A DNA stretch of 64,000 nt from Nitrosopumilus sp. (GTDB lineage: Archaea > Thermoproteota > Nitrososphaeria > Nitrososphaerales > Nitrosopumilaceae). Shown in pieces: positions 29,829 through 40,499 of this stretch (positions are counted from its first letter, which is position 1; the number at the start of each line of letters is the position of its first letter). The notes below the pieces were generated by a model. That model saw nothing but the letters and a program-made list of their open reading frames with translations, was not told where the DNA came from and searched no databases. The translations under genes were made by a program, and so were the position numbers. The stretch covers positions 1,504,001-1,568,000 of the forward strand of contig OY759726.1 of the NCBI GenBank assembly GCA_963662625.1. Direction: 5' to 3'.

Positions 29829-31886
29829 ATGCGCCTGGCAAGCTTTCATATAAAGAAGTACCGCTCCATCGAGGACTCTGGTGAAATACGAGTTGATGAA
29901 AACGTCACGACTTTTGTAGGGATCAATGAAAGCGGCAAGACAAACGTCCTGCGAGCACTAAAGAGGCTAAACCCTATAGAGGACACCTGCTTCAATGATC
30001 TTGCCGAACAGCCCACATGGCACTTTGAAAGCATGGATCCGGAGGAAGTCTTCGTCACCGCAACTTTCAAACTAAGCGGTAAAGAAAGAGACAGGGTTAG
30101 TGAAATCAGCGGCAGGCTGGTGCAACTAGACGAAGTCAAGTTCAGCAGGAGAAAGAATATGAATCTTATTTGTGATCTTGAGGCCGAGCAAGAGGCGATC
30201 CACTTTGATGCGTTTGACAGGAACTACCTGCAACCCATACTCGCCATCCTTAACTCTGTTAATCCGAACGCCTTTGAGCGTGGTCAGGGGCAGAAGGACA
30301 TCATCATAGGAATATTCGAAGACATAGTACATGGTTACGAAGGGAAGTCAAACGTGAGGCAGCCACAAACCCTTGCTTCAATAAAGCAACGCATGAAGTA
30401 TTTCACACACACGTTATCTGTAATTTCGGGCGACCACGCAAAAAAAGCCTCGATTAATTCTGCGATTGAAAGGATATACTCCGAAGTGACGGAGGATCCT
30501 ACAGAAAAAATAAAGGAATACCTTGTCAAAGCTCTGCCCCGGTTCATTTATTTTGCAAACGTTGCCATAATAGACAGCAGGATTCACCTGCCGACGTTTG
30601 TCAAAAAACTTGATGCGAGTGGGCTGAGCGAAGACGAAAAAACTGCAAAGACTCTACTGGATCTGGCAGGTTTGGACGCAAAAGACCTGCACAAGCTAAG
30701 CACGGATGGAAATGACCGCGCAGAGGTTCGAGAAAACCATGACAGGTTGGATAGGTTGCTGAGTGGCGCATCAACGAAGGTCTCCAACGAGATTGACAGT
30801 ATCTGGGATCAAAACGACCACGACATAGAGTTCAGGGTTCAAGGAGAGAATTTCAGGGCATGGGTGATCGACAGGAAAGACAAGACAAAACTCCAACTGG
30901 AGGAGGGAAGCAGGGGATATCGGTGGTATTTTTCCTTCTACGTGATTTTCAGCGCAGAATCAAAGGGGAGACACAAAGACGCGATAATTTTGCTTGACGA
31001 GCCGGCGCTGTACTTGCACCCGAAGGCGCAGTCGGACCTTCTCAAAAACGTGCTTCCAAAGATGGCGGAAAAAAACCAGATCCTATACACCACGCACTCG
31101 CCTTTCATGGTGAACCTGAGTGATCCGGCCAGCATCCACACTGTCACGCTAAAGGACATCGAACTGGAAGGCCGGGCCGCTAGGAAAGTCACGCAGATAT
31201 CTGACAAAGTATGGGACGACGACCGCATGGCACTGTTCCCATTACAATCTGCGCTTCATTACACAATGGCACAATCTATGTTCATCGGCAAAAAAAACCT
31301 CATAGTGGAAGGCGTCACAGATCTTTGGATGCTGGGCGCTGCTTCGGCCCTCTTGGAATCTGCCGGCAAAACTCATTTGAAGCAGGATTTCGTGCTTGTC
31401 CCGGCCGGGGGAGCAACCAAGTCGGTATTCTTTGCGAGCACGTACAAGTCACAGGGATTGGACGTCGCGGTCCTGCTTGACGCCGATCCAGAGGGGGAAA
31501 CTGCACATGACTTGCTTGTTAAGAACAAGGTACTCCGAGGTCAGAAGGTCGTCCTGATCAACGAGATGCTGGGCAAGAATGGCAACATGTCGATTGAAGA
31601 CGTGTTTCCGGAGGATTACTACCTGAAATTCGTAGAATCAGCCTATCAAAATGAACTCAATGAAAAGAAAATCGAAAGAATCACGCTTACGTCGCAAGAT
31701 CCGATGGTGCTGAGGAGAATAGAAGAATTCTTCAGGGAGAAAGGCCTGCCAGAATTCCACAAGGGTAGGCCAGCGCGTGCTATACTGGAAGAGTTTGGTC
31801 AAGCCGATACGAATGCCCTTCCTGAGGTTCTTATCTGCAGGCTTGAGAAACTGTTTGCGGGGATTAACAAACTGATGGGCGGTTGA
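29829..31886 (+). CDS. OLD-family ATP-dependent nuclease (ABC ATPase plus TOPRIM)
   Basis: GINESGKT, SRGYRW, LLDEPALYLHP and TTHSPF, followed by TOPRIM LIVEGVTD...LLDADPEG...SIED. Confidence 0.88.
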   Translation: MRLASFHIKKYRSIEDSGEIRVDENVTTFVGINESGKTNVLRALKRLNPIEDTCFNDLAEQPTWHFESMDPEEVFVTATFKLSGKERDRVSEISGRLVQLDEVKFSRRKNMNLICDLEAEQEAIHFDAFDRNYLQPILAILNSVNPNAFERGQGQKDIIIGIFEDIVHGYEGKSNVRQPQTLASIKQRMKYFTHTLSVISGDHAKKASINSAIERIYSEVTEDPTEKIKEYLVKALPRFIYFANVAIIDSRIHLPTFVKKLDASGLSEDEKTAKTLLDLAGLDAKDLHKLSTDGNDRAEVRENHDRLDRLLSGASTKVSNEIDSIWDQNDHDIEFRVQGENFRAWVIDRKDKTKLQLEEGSRGYRWYFSFYVIFSAESKGRHKDAIILLDEPALYLHPKAQSDLLKNVLPKMAEKNQILYTTHSPFMVNLSDPASIHTVTLKDIELEGRAARKVTQISDKVWDDDRMALFPLQSALHYTMAQSMFIGKKNLIVEGVTDLWMLGAASALLESAGKTHLKQDFVLVPAGGATKSVFFASTYKSQGLDVAVLLDADPEGETAHDLLVKNKVLRGQKVVLINEMLGKNGNMSIEDVFPEDYYLKFVESAYQNELNEKKIERITLTSQDPMVLRRIEEFFREKGLPEFHKGRPARAILEEFGQADTNALPEVLICRLEKLFAGINKLMGG

Positions 31887-32150
31887 GTTGGAGTACAGCA
31901 CAAGTGCACGAGGCGGGATTTCTGCCATGTGATTTACGTGATCAGGATCCGTCCCGAAATACACCGAGATGTCCAAAAACACCCCCGCCACGAGCCCCGT
32001 GCCGCAGGCGCAGGTCAAGACCTGCCCTCGCATACAACATGGTGGCACGGTGCTGTGGATGTTTGCTGGGACGGCGTTTCGCTTGCCTTCCCACAATGGC
32101 AACCTCGCGCAAGAACAAGGCATTTATGCCCGCCGGGCCGAACCCACAGC

Positions 32151-33173
32151 TTGGACGAGGGGGTCCCGGGGGGCCGGGCCTACGAGAGGTTCACGGCGGG
32201 CCCGGGCCTCAGCTACTACAGGCCGCGCAGGGCGGTAACCGAGGGGGAGTTCGCGCGCGAGGTGTCGGCGTCGCTGGGCCGCGACCCGAAGTCGATCCCC
32301 CCGAAGTTCTTCTACGACAGGAGGGGCTCCGGCCTGTTCGAGCGGATATGCTCCCTGCCCGAGTACTACCCCGCCCGCACGGAGATCTCGCTGCTCGGGG
32401 GGCTCGCCGGCGGCCTGCCTGGGCACCTGGACGGGGGGTTCAGGCTGGTGGAGCTCGGCAGCGGCTCGTCCGTGAAGACGAGGCTGCTCATCGACGCGCT
32501 GGGCGGGTCCCAGTGGCCGGTCGAGTACTTTCCCATAGACGTCTCCGAGGTGCTCGAGGAGAGCTCGAGGCGCCTCATCGCCGACTATGACGGCCTGAGC
32601 ATCACGGGGATAGTCGACACGTACGAGGCGGGCATGGAGTTCCTCGGGAAGCTCGACGACAGGCGGAACCTGGTGGCGTTCCTGGGCTCCAGCTACGGCA
32701 ACTTCCTCCCCGCGGACGGCGCGGCGTTCCTCGGGGCGCTGCATTCCGCGATGGGGCCGGGCGACCTGTTCCTCATCGGCCTCGACATGGTCAAGGACGC
32801 GGCGGTCCTGGAGGCCGCCTACGACGACCCCCTCGGGGTGACCGCGGAGTTCAACCTCAACGTCCTGTCCAGGATGAACCGGGAGCTCGGGGCCGACTTT
32901 GACCTGGGGAGGTTCGAGCACCACTCCACGTACAACGCCGCCGAGCGGCGGATCGAGATGTACGTCCGGTCGCTTGCCGACCAGTCGGTCCGCATCCCCG
33001 CGTGCGGCATGACGGTGCGGCTGGGCCGGGGCGAGCTCATCCACACGGAGTACTCTTACAAGTTCACGCCCGGGCAGGTCCGCTCCGTGCTGCGCGGCGC
33101 CGGGTTCGGGGTGAGGCAGACGTGGCGGGACCGCAGGGGCTACTTTTCCCTGACGCTCGCGTCCAGGGACTAG
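32151..33173 (+). CDS. egtD: L-histidine N-alpha-methyltransferase (start uncertain)
   Basis: PKSIPPKFFYD, LPEYYPARTE, ELGSGSSVKT, AYDDPLGVTAEFNLN and IHTEYSYKF. Confidence 0.93.
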   Translation: MDEGVPGGRAYERFTAGPGLSYYRPRRAVTEGEFAREVSASLGRDPKSIPPKFFYDRRGSGLFERICSLPEYYPARTEISLLGGLAGGLPGHLDGGFRLVELGSGSSVKTRLLIDALGGSQWPVEYFPIDVSEVLEESSRRLIADYDGLSITGIVDTYEAGMEFLGKLDDRRNLVAFLGSSYGNFLPADGAAFLGALHSAMGPGDLFLIGLDMVKDAAVLEAAYDDPLGVTAEFNLNVLSRMNRELGADFDLGRFEHHSTYNAAERRIEMYVRSLADQSVRIPACGMTVRLGRGELIHTEYSYKFTPGQVRSVLRGAGFGVRQTWRDRRGYFSLTLASRD

Positions 33174-34480
33174 GCGTCCCCGGCGCACCTGAACCCGGCG
33201 ATCATCCACCGCTCGTCCAGCCTGAAGAAGTTCCTGTAGCTCCCGCGTATCGACGCCGAGGGCGTCCCGAACGAGCCGCCCCTCAGGACCTTCTGGCCGG
33301 TGAACCACTTGTCGTTGTACTCGTCGAACCCGGACCTGAACCCGGGGTACCCGGAAAACTCCGACGACGTCCACTCCCAGGCGTCCCCCACCATCTGCTG
33401 GCACCCGTAGTGGCTCGCGCCGCCCGGGTACGACCCGGCGCCGGAGCACGCCCAGAGGTGCGACTCCAGCAGGTTGCACCTTTCCGGCGAGGGCGGCCCG
33501 TCCCCCCACGGGAACAGCGTCTTCCTCTGCCCGCCCTCGTCCCAGCAGGCGGCCTTCTCCCACTCCGCCTCCGTCGGCAGCCTCTTTCCGGCCCACCTGC
33601 AGTACGCGTCGGCCTCGTAGTAGCTGACGTGGCACACCGGCTCGTCGGGGTCGATCCTCCTAGATCCGAGGAAGTCCCTGGTCGTCCACCCGCCCCCGTC
33701 CCTCTCCCAGTACATCGGCGCCTCCCACCCGTTGGCCTTGACCTTCTCCCACCCGTCGGCCAGCCAGTGCCTGTAGGTGCCGTACCCGCCGTCCTCGACG
33801 AACTCCGCGTACTGCCGGTTCGTCACGGGGAACAGGTCGATCTCATAGTCCTCCAGGTAGACCGCGTGCTCGGGGAGCTCGATGTCGTAGCAGAACCCGT
33901 CCCCGCCGTACCCCATGGTGTACAGCCCGCCGCCGATCCTGGCCGACCCTTCCCCGGGCGCGGCCCGCGCCGGCGGATCGCTCCTCCTGGCCGGCCTGTA
34001 CAGGTCGGCGAGCATGTGCTGCAGGTCGTACACCAGCAGCTCCTGGTGCTGGCACTCGTGGTGGACGCCCATCGTGAGGAGCCCCGCGCCCTCGGCGCCC
34101 AGGGAGCCCGAGCCGATCAGCCCCTCGACCCGCCGGCTGACCTCCCCAAAGTACTCGAATATCTGGCCGGCCGTCGGCCTGGTGGCGGCGCCGCGCAGCC
34201 CCTTGTCGTTTGGAACGCCGAACTGCTGGTAGTACGAGTTGAGGTACCGGGAGTACTCCTCGGAGTAGAACTCGTACCCCTCGGCCACCTTGCTCATTAT
34301 CGCCTCGTACACCCAGCTCACGTGGCCGACGTGCCACTTTGGCGGGCTGGCAAACGCCGCAGTCTGGACGCCGAGGTCGTCGGCCTCCAGCGTGCCGACC
34401 ATCTCCAGCGTCCTCGCCCTGGTCTCCCTGAACAGTTCCAGCAGGGCGCCGGCCCGCGCCCCCGCCGCGCCGTCCCTCAG
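33170..34480 (-). CDS. egtB: Ergothioneine sulfoxide synthase (DinB plus FGE-sulfatase domains; start uncertain)
   Basis: SPPKWHVGH, HHECQHQELL, RLPTEAEWEKAA and EYNDKWF. Confidence 0.92.
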   Translation of the reverse strand: MRDGAAGARAGALLELFRETRARTLEMVGTLEADDLGVQTAAFASPPKWHVGHVSWVYEAIMSKVAEGYEFYSEEYSRYLNSYYQQFGVPNDKGLRGAATRPTAGQIFEYFGEVSRRVEGLIGSGSLGAEGAGLLTMGVHHECQHQELLVYDLQHMLADLYRPARRSDPPARAAPGEGSARIGGGLYTMGYGGDGFCYDIELPEHAVYLEDYEIDLFPVTNRQYAEFVEDGGYGTYRHWLADGWEKVKANGWEAPMYWERDGGGWTTRDFLGSRRIDPDEPVCHVSYYEADAYCRWAGKRLPTEAEWEKAACWDEGGQRKTLFPWGDGPPSPERCNLLESHLWACSGAGSYPGGASHYGCQQMVGDAWEWTSSEFSGYPGFRSGFDEYNDKWFTGQKVLRGGSFGTPSASIRGSYRNFFRLDERWMIAGFRCAGDA

Positions 34481-34502
34481 CGCGGATCGCCGCCCCCCAT
34501 GC

Positions 34503-35942
34503 TCAGTACCCCCGGGCGAACACCGGGACCGACTCGCTTGCCCCCCCGCAGCGCACGCACCTGGAGGAGGCGTCCTCCGAGCCAAACGGTATGACCCTGA
34601 TGTCCGCCCCCGTGTCCTCCTTGATCCCCTCCTCGCACTCCGTCCTGCCGCACCACGGGGCCGAGACGAACCCGCCGGCAGCCACGGCCTCCTTGAGCTC
34701 CCCGTACCCCGACGCGCTCCTCTCCATGCCGGCGGCGCGCTCCCTGGCGGCCCCCAGCATCGCCCCCTGGATCTCCTCGAGCACCCGCGCCACCCCGCCG
34801 ATCCCGGACAGCGGCACGTCCTCCTTCCCGCCGGTCCTCCTCGCCACGACGGCGCTGCCCCTGGCCACGTCCCTGGGGCCTATCTCCACCCTGACCGGGA
34901 CGCCCCTCATCTCCCAGTCGCTGAACTTGTACCCCGGGGTGAGGCCCTCCCTGGAGTCGACGCGGGCCCTGACGCCCGCCGCCTCCAGCGCGGCCCTCGC
35001 CCCCTCGGCCGCCGAGAGGACGCCCTCCCTCATGCTGCCGTCCCCGTGTATCGGTATTATGACGGCCTGGACGGGGGCGACCCTCGGGGGCAGGACCAGC
35101 CCCCTGTCGTCGCCGTGGACCATTATCATCGCGCCTATGAGCCTCCACGACACCCCCCACGACGTCTGCCACGCAAAGTGCTCCACGTTGTCCCTGTCGG
35201 CGAACTTTACCCCGAACGGGACCGAGAAGTTCTGCCCCAAAAAGTGCGACGTGCCCATCTGCAGCGCCCTGCCGTCGGGCATCACGGACTCCATCGTGGT
35301 GGTGTACACCGCGCCGACGAACTTCTCCTTCTCGCTCTTCCTCCCGACGGTCACCGGCACGGCCAGCTCCGACTCGACCGTGTCCCTGTACGCCTCCATG
35401 ATCCCCGCGACCTCGGCCTCGGCCCCCTCGCGGTCGGCGTGGACGGTGTGCCCCTCCTGCCACAGGAACTCCGACGTCCTCAGGAACGGCTTGGTCCCCT
35501 TGATCTCGGCGCGCAGCGCCGTGTTCCAGAAGTTCATCTTCAGCGGCAGGTCCCTCCAGCTCTGGATCCACTTGGAGTACATCGTGTACGCCAGGGTCTC
35601 GGACGTGGGCCGCAGCGCCAGCCTGTCGCCGATCTCGCCCGTCCCGGAGTGCGTCACCCAGAAGACCTCCGGGTTGAACCCCTCGAAGTGGCTCTGCTCC
35701 TTGCCGAGAAGCGACTCGGGTATCAGCACCGGGAGGAACCCGTTCCTGACCCCCCGCCTGGCGAGCCTGGCGTCGAGCGCGGCCCTCAGCGACTCCCATA
35801 CGGCGTACCCGTCGGGCCTCAGCACCATCATGCCCTTGACGGGGGCGTAGTCTGCCAGCTCCGCCTTGAGGACCACCTGCGTGTACCACCCGCTAAAGTC
35901 GCCCTCCTTGGAGGCCGTGACGCCGGCCGCTTCCCTGTTCAA
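34503..35942 (-). CDS. proS: Proline--tRNA ligase, archaeal type
   Basis: FSGWYTQV, LALRPTSET, FLRTSEFLWQEGH, QMGTSHFLGQNF and a C-terminal FARGY. Confidence 0.97.
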   Translation of the reverse strand: MNREAAGVTASKEGDFSGWYTQVVLKAELADYAPVKGMMVLRPDGYAVWESLRAALDARLARRGVRNGFLPVLIPESLLGKEQSHFEGFNPEVFWVTHSGTGEIGDRLALRPTSETLAYTMYSKWIQSWRDLPLKMNFWNTALRAEIKGTKPFLRTSEFLWQEGHTVHADREGAEAEVAGIMEAYRDTVESELAVPVTVGRKSEKEKFVGAVYTTTMESVMPDGRALQMGTSHFLGQNFSVPFGVKFADRDNVEHFAWQTSWGVSWRLIGAMIMVHGDDRGLVLPPRVAPVQAVIIPIHGDGSMREGVLSAAEGARAALEAAGVRARVDSREGLTPGYKFSDWEMRGVPVRVEIGPRDVARGSAVVARRTGGKEDVPLSGIGGVARVLEEIQGAMLGAARERAAGMERSASGYGELKEAVAAGGFVSAPWCGRTECEEGIKEDTGADIRVIPFGSEDASSRCVRCGGASESVPVFARGY

Positions 35943-35996
35943 ACTGGTATCACGACGCGCGGTCAACTAATGAGCCTTTCGTGTGGGGCCTGCCGC

Positions 35997-36284
35997 TCAC
36001 CCCAGCGGGTCGCCCTTGCAGAGGACCTTCCCGGTCACCCTGCTCTGGAAGTTGGAGCAGACGAAGCACTTTATGAACTGCGTCTCCTCGCCCAGCACCG
36101 GGCAGTCCACGAACTCCTGCTTCATCCTCTTGAGCATCTTGGGGCTGACGCCCTTCAGCTTTATCTTCCCCTTGTCGTCCATCATGCCGGCCGCCTTCAG
36201 CTCGTCCTTGATGTCAGCGGGCAGCCTCTGCCTCTTCTCGGTGGCCACCACGTCGACCTCGAACTTGTATTCAAGCTCGCCCAT
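35997..36284 (-). CDS. Conserved thaumarchaeal small Cys-containing protein
   Basis: VDCPV...FIKCFVCSNFQSRVTGKVLC with host-like codon usage. Confidence 0.75.
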   Translation of the reverse strand: MGELEYKFEVDVVATEKRQRLPADIKDELKAAGMMDDKGKIKLKGVSPKMLKRMKQEFVDCPVLGEETQFIKCFVCSNFQSRVTGKVLCKGDPLG

Positions 36285-36377
36285 GCATGTGCCACGATCC
36301 CCCGTGATTTATTGCTAACGCTTGCGGCCCCGTGATACTTTAATATAATTCGCGCATTTCTGCAGATCAGAAAGCTG

Positions 36378-37010
36378 TTGCTGGTAATTTTTGACGTGGA
36401 GGGGGTCCTTTACGACGCCGAGTACCTCCCGATCCTCGCCGAGAGGGTGAACAGGGAGGACGAGATATGGGAGATCACCAAGAAGGGGATCCAGGGGGCC
36501 ATCGACTGGAAGGAGGGCCTGGAGACCCGGGTCGGCCTCCTCAGGGGCCTCGACTACGAGACGTGCCGGGACGTGGCGGACTCGCTCCCCGTAATGACCG
36601 GCGCCAGGGAGGCCTGCCGCAGGCTCAAGGCGGCGGGGTGGAGGCTCATGGCGATCTCCGGCGGCTTCACGATAATGACCGACAGGCTCAGGCGGGAGCT
36701 CTCGCTCGACCACGTCTTCTCCAACGAGCTGGTCTTCCGGGACGGGAGGCTGGACGGCGTGAGGGTCAGCGTCGACTCGGACAAGGCCCGGTCGGCCAGG
36801 GCGAAGATCGAGGAGTGGGGCGAGAGGCGCGAGGACATAGTGTGCGTGGTGGACGGCGCCAACGACGTGAAGCTCTTCGACGTCTGCGGCCTGGGCATAG
36901 CGTACAGGGCGCAGGACCTGGTGAGGGACAGGGCCACGGCCACGCTGGAGACCAAGGACCTCTCCATGGTGCTCGGGATAATATCTGACCACTACGGGCT
37001 GGACCTGTGA
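36378..37010 (+). CDS. serB: Phosphoserine phosphatase (HAD family)
   Basis: IFDVEGVL, ISGGF and DGAND motifs. Confidence 0.9.
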   Translation: MLVIFDVEGVLYDAEYLPILAERVNREDEIWEITKKGIQGAIDWKEGLETRVGLLRGLDYETCRDVADSLPVMTGAREACRRLKAAGWRLMAISGGFTIMTDRLRRELSLDHVFSNELVFRDGRLDGVRVSVDSDKARSARAKIEEWGERREDIVCVVDGANDVKLFDVCGLGIAYRAQDLVRDRATATLETKDLSMVLGIISDHYGLDL

Positions 37011-37060
37011 CCGGCCGGCGCGCGCAACCCATTTTAGTCCCAGGCGCCGACGTACGTTGC

Positions 37061-37786
37061 TTGCAGGTGATCCCGGTTGCGGTTGGAAAGGAGATAGGCC
37101 CCTCGGACGACCTCGCCGGGCTGGTGGCCTCGTCGGCGCGGGTCGAGGACGGCGACGTGCTGGTGGTGGCGCAGAAGGCGGTGTCCAAGGCGGAGGGCAG
37201 GACAGTCGACCTGTCGTCCGTGGAGCCGTCGCTGCTGGCCGAGGGGATCGCCGCCCAGTACGGCAAGGACCCGAGGGTCGTGGAGCTGGTGCTGTCAGAG
37301 TCCGGCAGGATAGTCCGGATGCGCGACGGCGTGCTGATAGTGGAGACGCGCGGGGGGATCGTCTGCGCCAACGCGGGGATCGACGAGAGCAACGTCGCGG
37401 GGGGCCACGCCACGCTGCTCCCCGAGGACCCCGACGCGTCGGCCCGGGGGATCCGGCGCGGCGTGCTGGAGAGGACCGGCATGGACGCGGCCGTGATCGT
37501 GTCGGACACCTTCGGCCGGGCGTTCCGGTCGGGGCAGACCAACTGCGCGATCGGCGTGTCGGGGATGGAGCCCGTCCTCGACTACTCGGGGACGCGCGAC
37601 GCGTTCGGCAGGATCCTGCGCGTGACGGCCATCGCGGTGGCCGACGAGCTCGCGTCGGCGGCCGAGCTGGTCATGCAGAAGACCCTGGGGTGCCCGGCGG
37701 CGCTGGTCCGGGGGTACCGGTACGGCGCCGGCGACGGCACGGCGGCCGGGCTGCTGCGGCCCAGGGGCGAGGACCTCTTCAGGTAG
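37061..37786 (+). CDS. cofE: Coenzyme F420-0:L-glutamate ligase
   Basis: QKAVSKAEGR, ANAGIDESN, LLPEDPDASA and SDTFGR. Confidence 0.93.
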   Translation: MQVIPVAVGKEIGPSDDLAGLVASSARVEDGDVLVVAQKAVSKAEGRTVDLSSVEPSLLAEGIAAQYGKDPRVVELVLSESGRIVRMRDGVLIVETRGGIVCANAGIDESNVAGGHATLLPEDPDASARGIRRGVLERTGMDAAVIVSDTFGRAFRSGQTNCAIGVSGMEPVLDYSGTRDAFGRILRVTAIAVADELASAAELVMQKTLGCPAALVRGYRYGAGDGTAAGLLRPRGEDLFR

Positions 37787-37836
37787 CCGGGCCCGGCTTC
37801 AATAGGATTATATCCGCAGGGGGCCCCCCCTTGGAA

Positions 37837-38751
37837 ATGCGCGTCAGGACGGAGCTGCACTGCCACAACTCGTTCTCGAACTTCCACGTGGGCGATGGCG
37901 AGCCGCCGTACGACTGCGGCGTCCCCGTGAGGGACCAGCTGGAGCGCTCCCGCCTGCTGGGGCTCGACGCCATATTCGTGACCAACCACAACACGCTCGA
38001 CGGGTACGCCCAGCTGCTCGAGTGCCAGAGGGACCACGAGAAGTTCGCCGGGATCGGCGTGTACCCGGCCGAGGAGATCACCACGGACGCGGGCGCGCAC
38101 GTCCTGGCGTACGGGATACGCGAGGCGATCCGGCCGGGGCTGCAGCTCGGGGAGGTGATCGACGAGGTCAGGGCGCAGGGGGGCGTCTCGTCGGCGCCGC
38201 ACCCGTTCAGCCTGCTCGACGCGCTCCGCGACCAGGCGAGGCACTGCGACATGGTCGAGGTGTTCAACAGCAACAACGTCGACGTGCTCTCCAACGCGCG
38301 CGCGGCCCACTTTGCCATGGAGAACGGCATGACCCAGGTGGCCGGCAGCGACTCGCACGTCCTCTCGACCCTGGGCAGGTGCGTCAACGTGATAGAGTCG
38401 GAGGGCGGCCTGGACGGCATCCTGGACTCCATGAGGCGCGGGAGGGTCACGATCTCGCAGACCGGCTACGCGCTGCAGGGCGAGACGCTCGAGCACCTGA
38501 GGTACAAGATAAACAACTCGAGGGAGTACCTCGCCGAGTACATGGCCGAGCACTACCCCAACGCCAGGTGGCTCCTGACGCTGCTGCTGCGCATCTACGA
38601 CATGAACCAGGACAGCCACCTGTGGGGCCTGTTCTACAGGGTCGCGGTCTACCTGATGCGGAGGATATCCCGCAAGATAAACTTCCAGGACCAGGACCCG
38701 GGGTTCATGAGGGACCGCGACCTCTGCACGATGTTCAGGATGGCGATGTAG
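37837..38751 (+). CDS. PHP-domain metal-dependent phosphoesterase
   Basis: ELHCH, TNHN, PHPF, EVFN and GSDSH motifs. Confidence 0.88.
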   Translation: MRVRTELHCHNSFSNFHVGDGEPPYDCGVPVRDQLERSRLLGLDAIFVTNHNTLDGYAQLLECQRDHEKFAGIGVYPAEEITTDAGAHVLAYGIREAIRPGLQLGEVIDEVRAQGGVSSAPHPFSLLDALRDQARHCDMVEVFNSNNVDVLSNARAAHFAMENGMTQVAGSDSHVLSTLGRCVNVIESEGGLDGILDSMRRGRVTISQTGYALQGETLEHLRYKINNSREYLAEYMAEHYPNARWLLTLLLRIYDMNQDSHLWGLFYRVAVYLMRRISRKINFQDQDPGFMRDRDLCTMFRMAM

Positions 38752-38951
38752 GGCCGCGCGGGCACGATGCGCGCGTCCGGCCAGGACGCCGATCAGCCAC
38801 GTGCTTCCGGAAACGGGCAGAATTGCACGAGAATAACCGATAGAACGTACGGGAGGGGCGCACAGCGAGAGTTTGGTCCGGGTCGGGTGGCACTTTCAGG
38901 GCTGGCCAGCCGATGGGACTTGTTTCGTTTGGAAAGCACACGGGTTCCGGT

Positions 38952-39218
38952 TTACTTTCTTTTTAGAATTTTTTTCGCGATCAGTTTTTTCTTGGGATTG
39001 ACCTTGACCTTGTAGACTATGGTGTAGTTGGTTAGGTTGACGTTGTTCCTCATGCTCATTTCGTGCACCGACATGCCTGATTTCTCCAGTTTCTCTAGGT
39101 TCTTGGCCGTCACCTTGATGTTTTGGGCCACGCGTTTGTAAGTGACATGATCCTCTGTCTCTTTGATGTACTCCATTTGTTCGTTAAAAAGTTTGGAAAG
39201 GGAAACCTGAAAACTCAC
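38952..39218 (-). CDS. Hypothetical low-GC protein, possibly a fragment
   Basis: 88-aa ORF in a small low-GC patch between core genes. Confidence 0.4.
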   Translation of the reverse strand: MSFQVSLSKLFNEQMEYIKETEDHVTYKRVAQNIKVTAKNLEKLEKSGMSVHEMSMRNNVNLTNYTIVYKVKVNPKKKLIAKKILKRK

Positions 39219-39734
39219 TTACAGTCTCTTCAGGATTGCTTTCACTGCCTTATCAGCGTTTTGATAGGTGCAGGCAATCTCGTCTTCCCCTTTTTGGTAT
39301 CTGCCTAATCCTGTTCTCGCCACTGTTATAGCCATGGTTACCTTCGCACATGTTGTTATTTATTCTTTAAGTTTGATGCCATTTTGCACCTGTTCTGGAA
39401 TTCTCACTTTCCAGCGCCGCAATTCCATCATGCTGCCTGCCCCGCTTGGTAGCCACCACGGCCAGATCCTTGCGCAGGACTACGGCCTCGGAATCGGCCA
39501 GTATTTGGCCTGGATGTGGCTGGCTCAAGGCACGCCGATCGAGATCTATGGATTACCATATAAATTCGATTAGGCGTGGACCTAGAATGCGCATACTGTA
39601 TGCTAGTTTGCACAATCTGCCTAGATCCGTCTTTATGGGGTTGTTTTTCGCGCCTAAAAACCGAGTTACGCAACAAGCTACGCCGTCCGAATAGGTTATA
39701 ACGCGCCGGGCCGGGATCCAGCACGGTAGGGAAA

Positions 39735-39971
39735 TTGTCGGAACCTGATCAGAAGGTATTGGACGCCACCGGGCTGTTCTGCCCGGAGCCGGTGTTCAGG
39801 ACGAAGATCGAGATCGAGAGGATGCAGGCAGGCCAGGTCCTCGCCGTGTCGGCAGACGATCCCGCGGCCGAGGAGGACATCTCCAGGTGGGTCACGCGGA
39901 GCGGCCACGAGCTGCTGGGCACGGAGAAGGACGGCGCCAGGGTCACGCTTCGCATCAGGAAGGTAAAGTAG
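39735..39971 (+). CDS. tusA: TusA/SirA-family sulfur carrier
   Basis: LDATGLFCPEP...DDPAAEEDI. Confidence 0.9.
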   Translation: MSEPDQKVLDATGLFCPEPVFRTKIEIERMQAGQVLAVSADDPAAEEDISRWVTRSGHELLGTEKDGARVTLRIRKVK

Positions 39972-39983
39972 CCGCCGCGCCGG

Positions 39984-40466
39984 CTAGCCGGAGCCGCCCC
40001 CGTCTCCCAGGGCGCCCCTCAGGCGGCTGTCGTAAAACCCCCTGAACGCCTCGCTCATCGCCTTTTCGTGCCCCAGGCACCTGTTGCTGCAGTCGATGAC
40101 CGCCTCCCTGGCGTCCTTGCTCCACCTGCTCTGCTGCCTGTCCCTTGGCTCCATGACGGTGGGGTTCTGCCTGATCCTCTCGAGGGCCTCCATCTGCTCC
40201 TTTCTCAGCCGGTGGAACTTGCCCAGCATCAGCAGGAACGTCCCGGCCTGCCCCGGGTCGACGAGCCTCATCAGCAGGTGCGCCTGCTCGTAGTACTCCT
40301 GGCTCTTCCCAAAGTACTCCCTGTGCTCCGCCAGGCGCCCCTCCCAGTACCCCGGATCGGTGTCCTTCTTGACCTCGTACGAGAACCCCATCCTTGCGAT
40401 GTCCTCCCCGAGCCCCGCCAGCGCCCTCGCGTGCTGCCTGACCACTTCCGTCCCGCCGTCGGCCAC
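39984..40466 (-). CDS. Hypothetical protein
   Basis: 160-aa ORF with host-like codon usage. Confidence 0.7.
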   Translation of the reverse strand: MADGGTEVVRQHARALAGLGEDIARMGFSYEVKKDTDPGYWEGRLAEHREYFGKSQEYYEQAHLLMRLVDPGQAGTFLLMLGKFHRLRKEQMEALERIRQNPTVMEPRDRQQSRWSKDAREAVIDCSNRCLGHEKAMSEAFRGFYDSRLRGALGDGGGSG

Positions 40467-40499
40467 CCCTTCGCTGCGGCGCCGCGTTCTTAAAACGTT

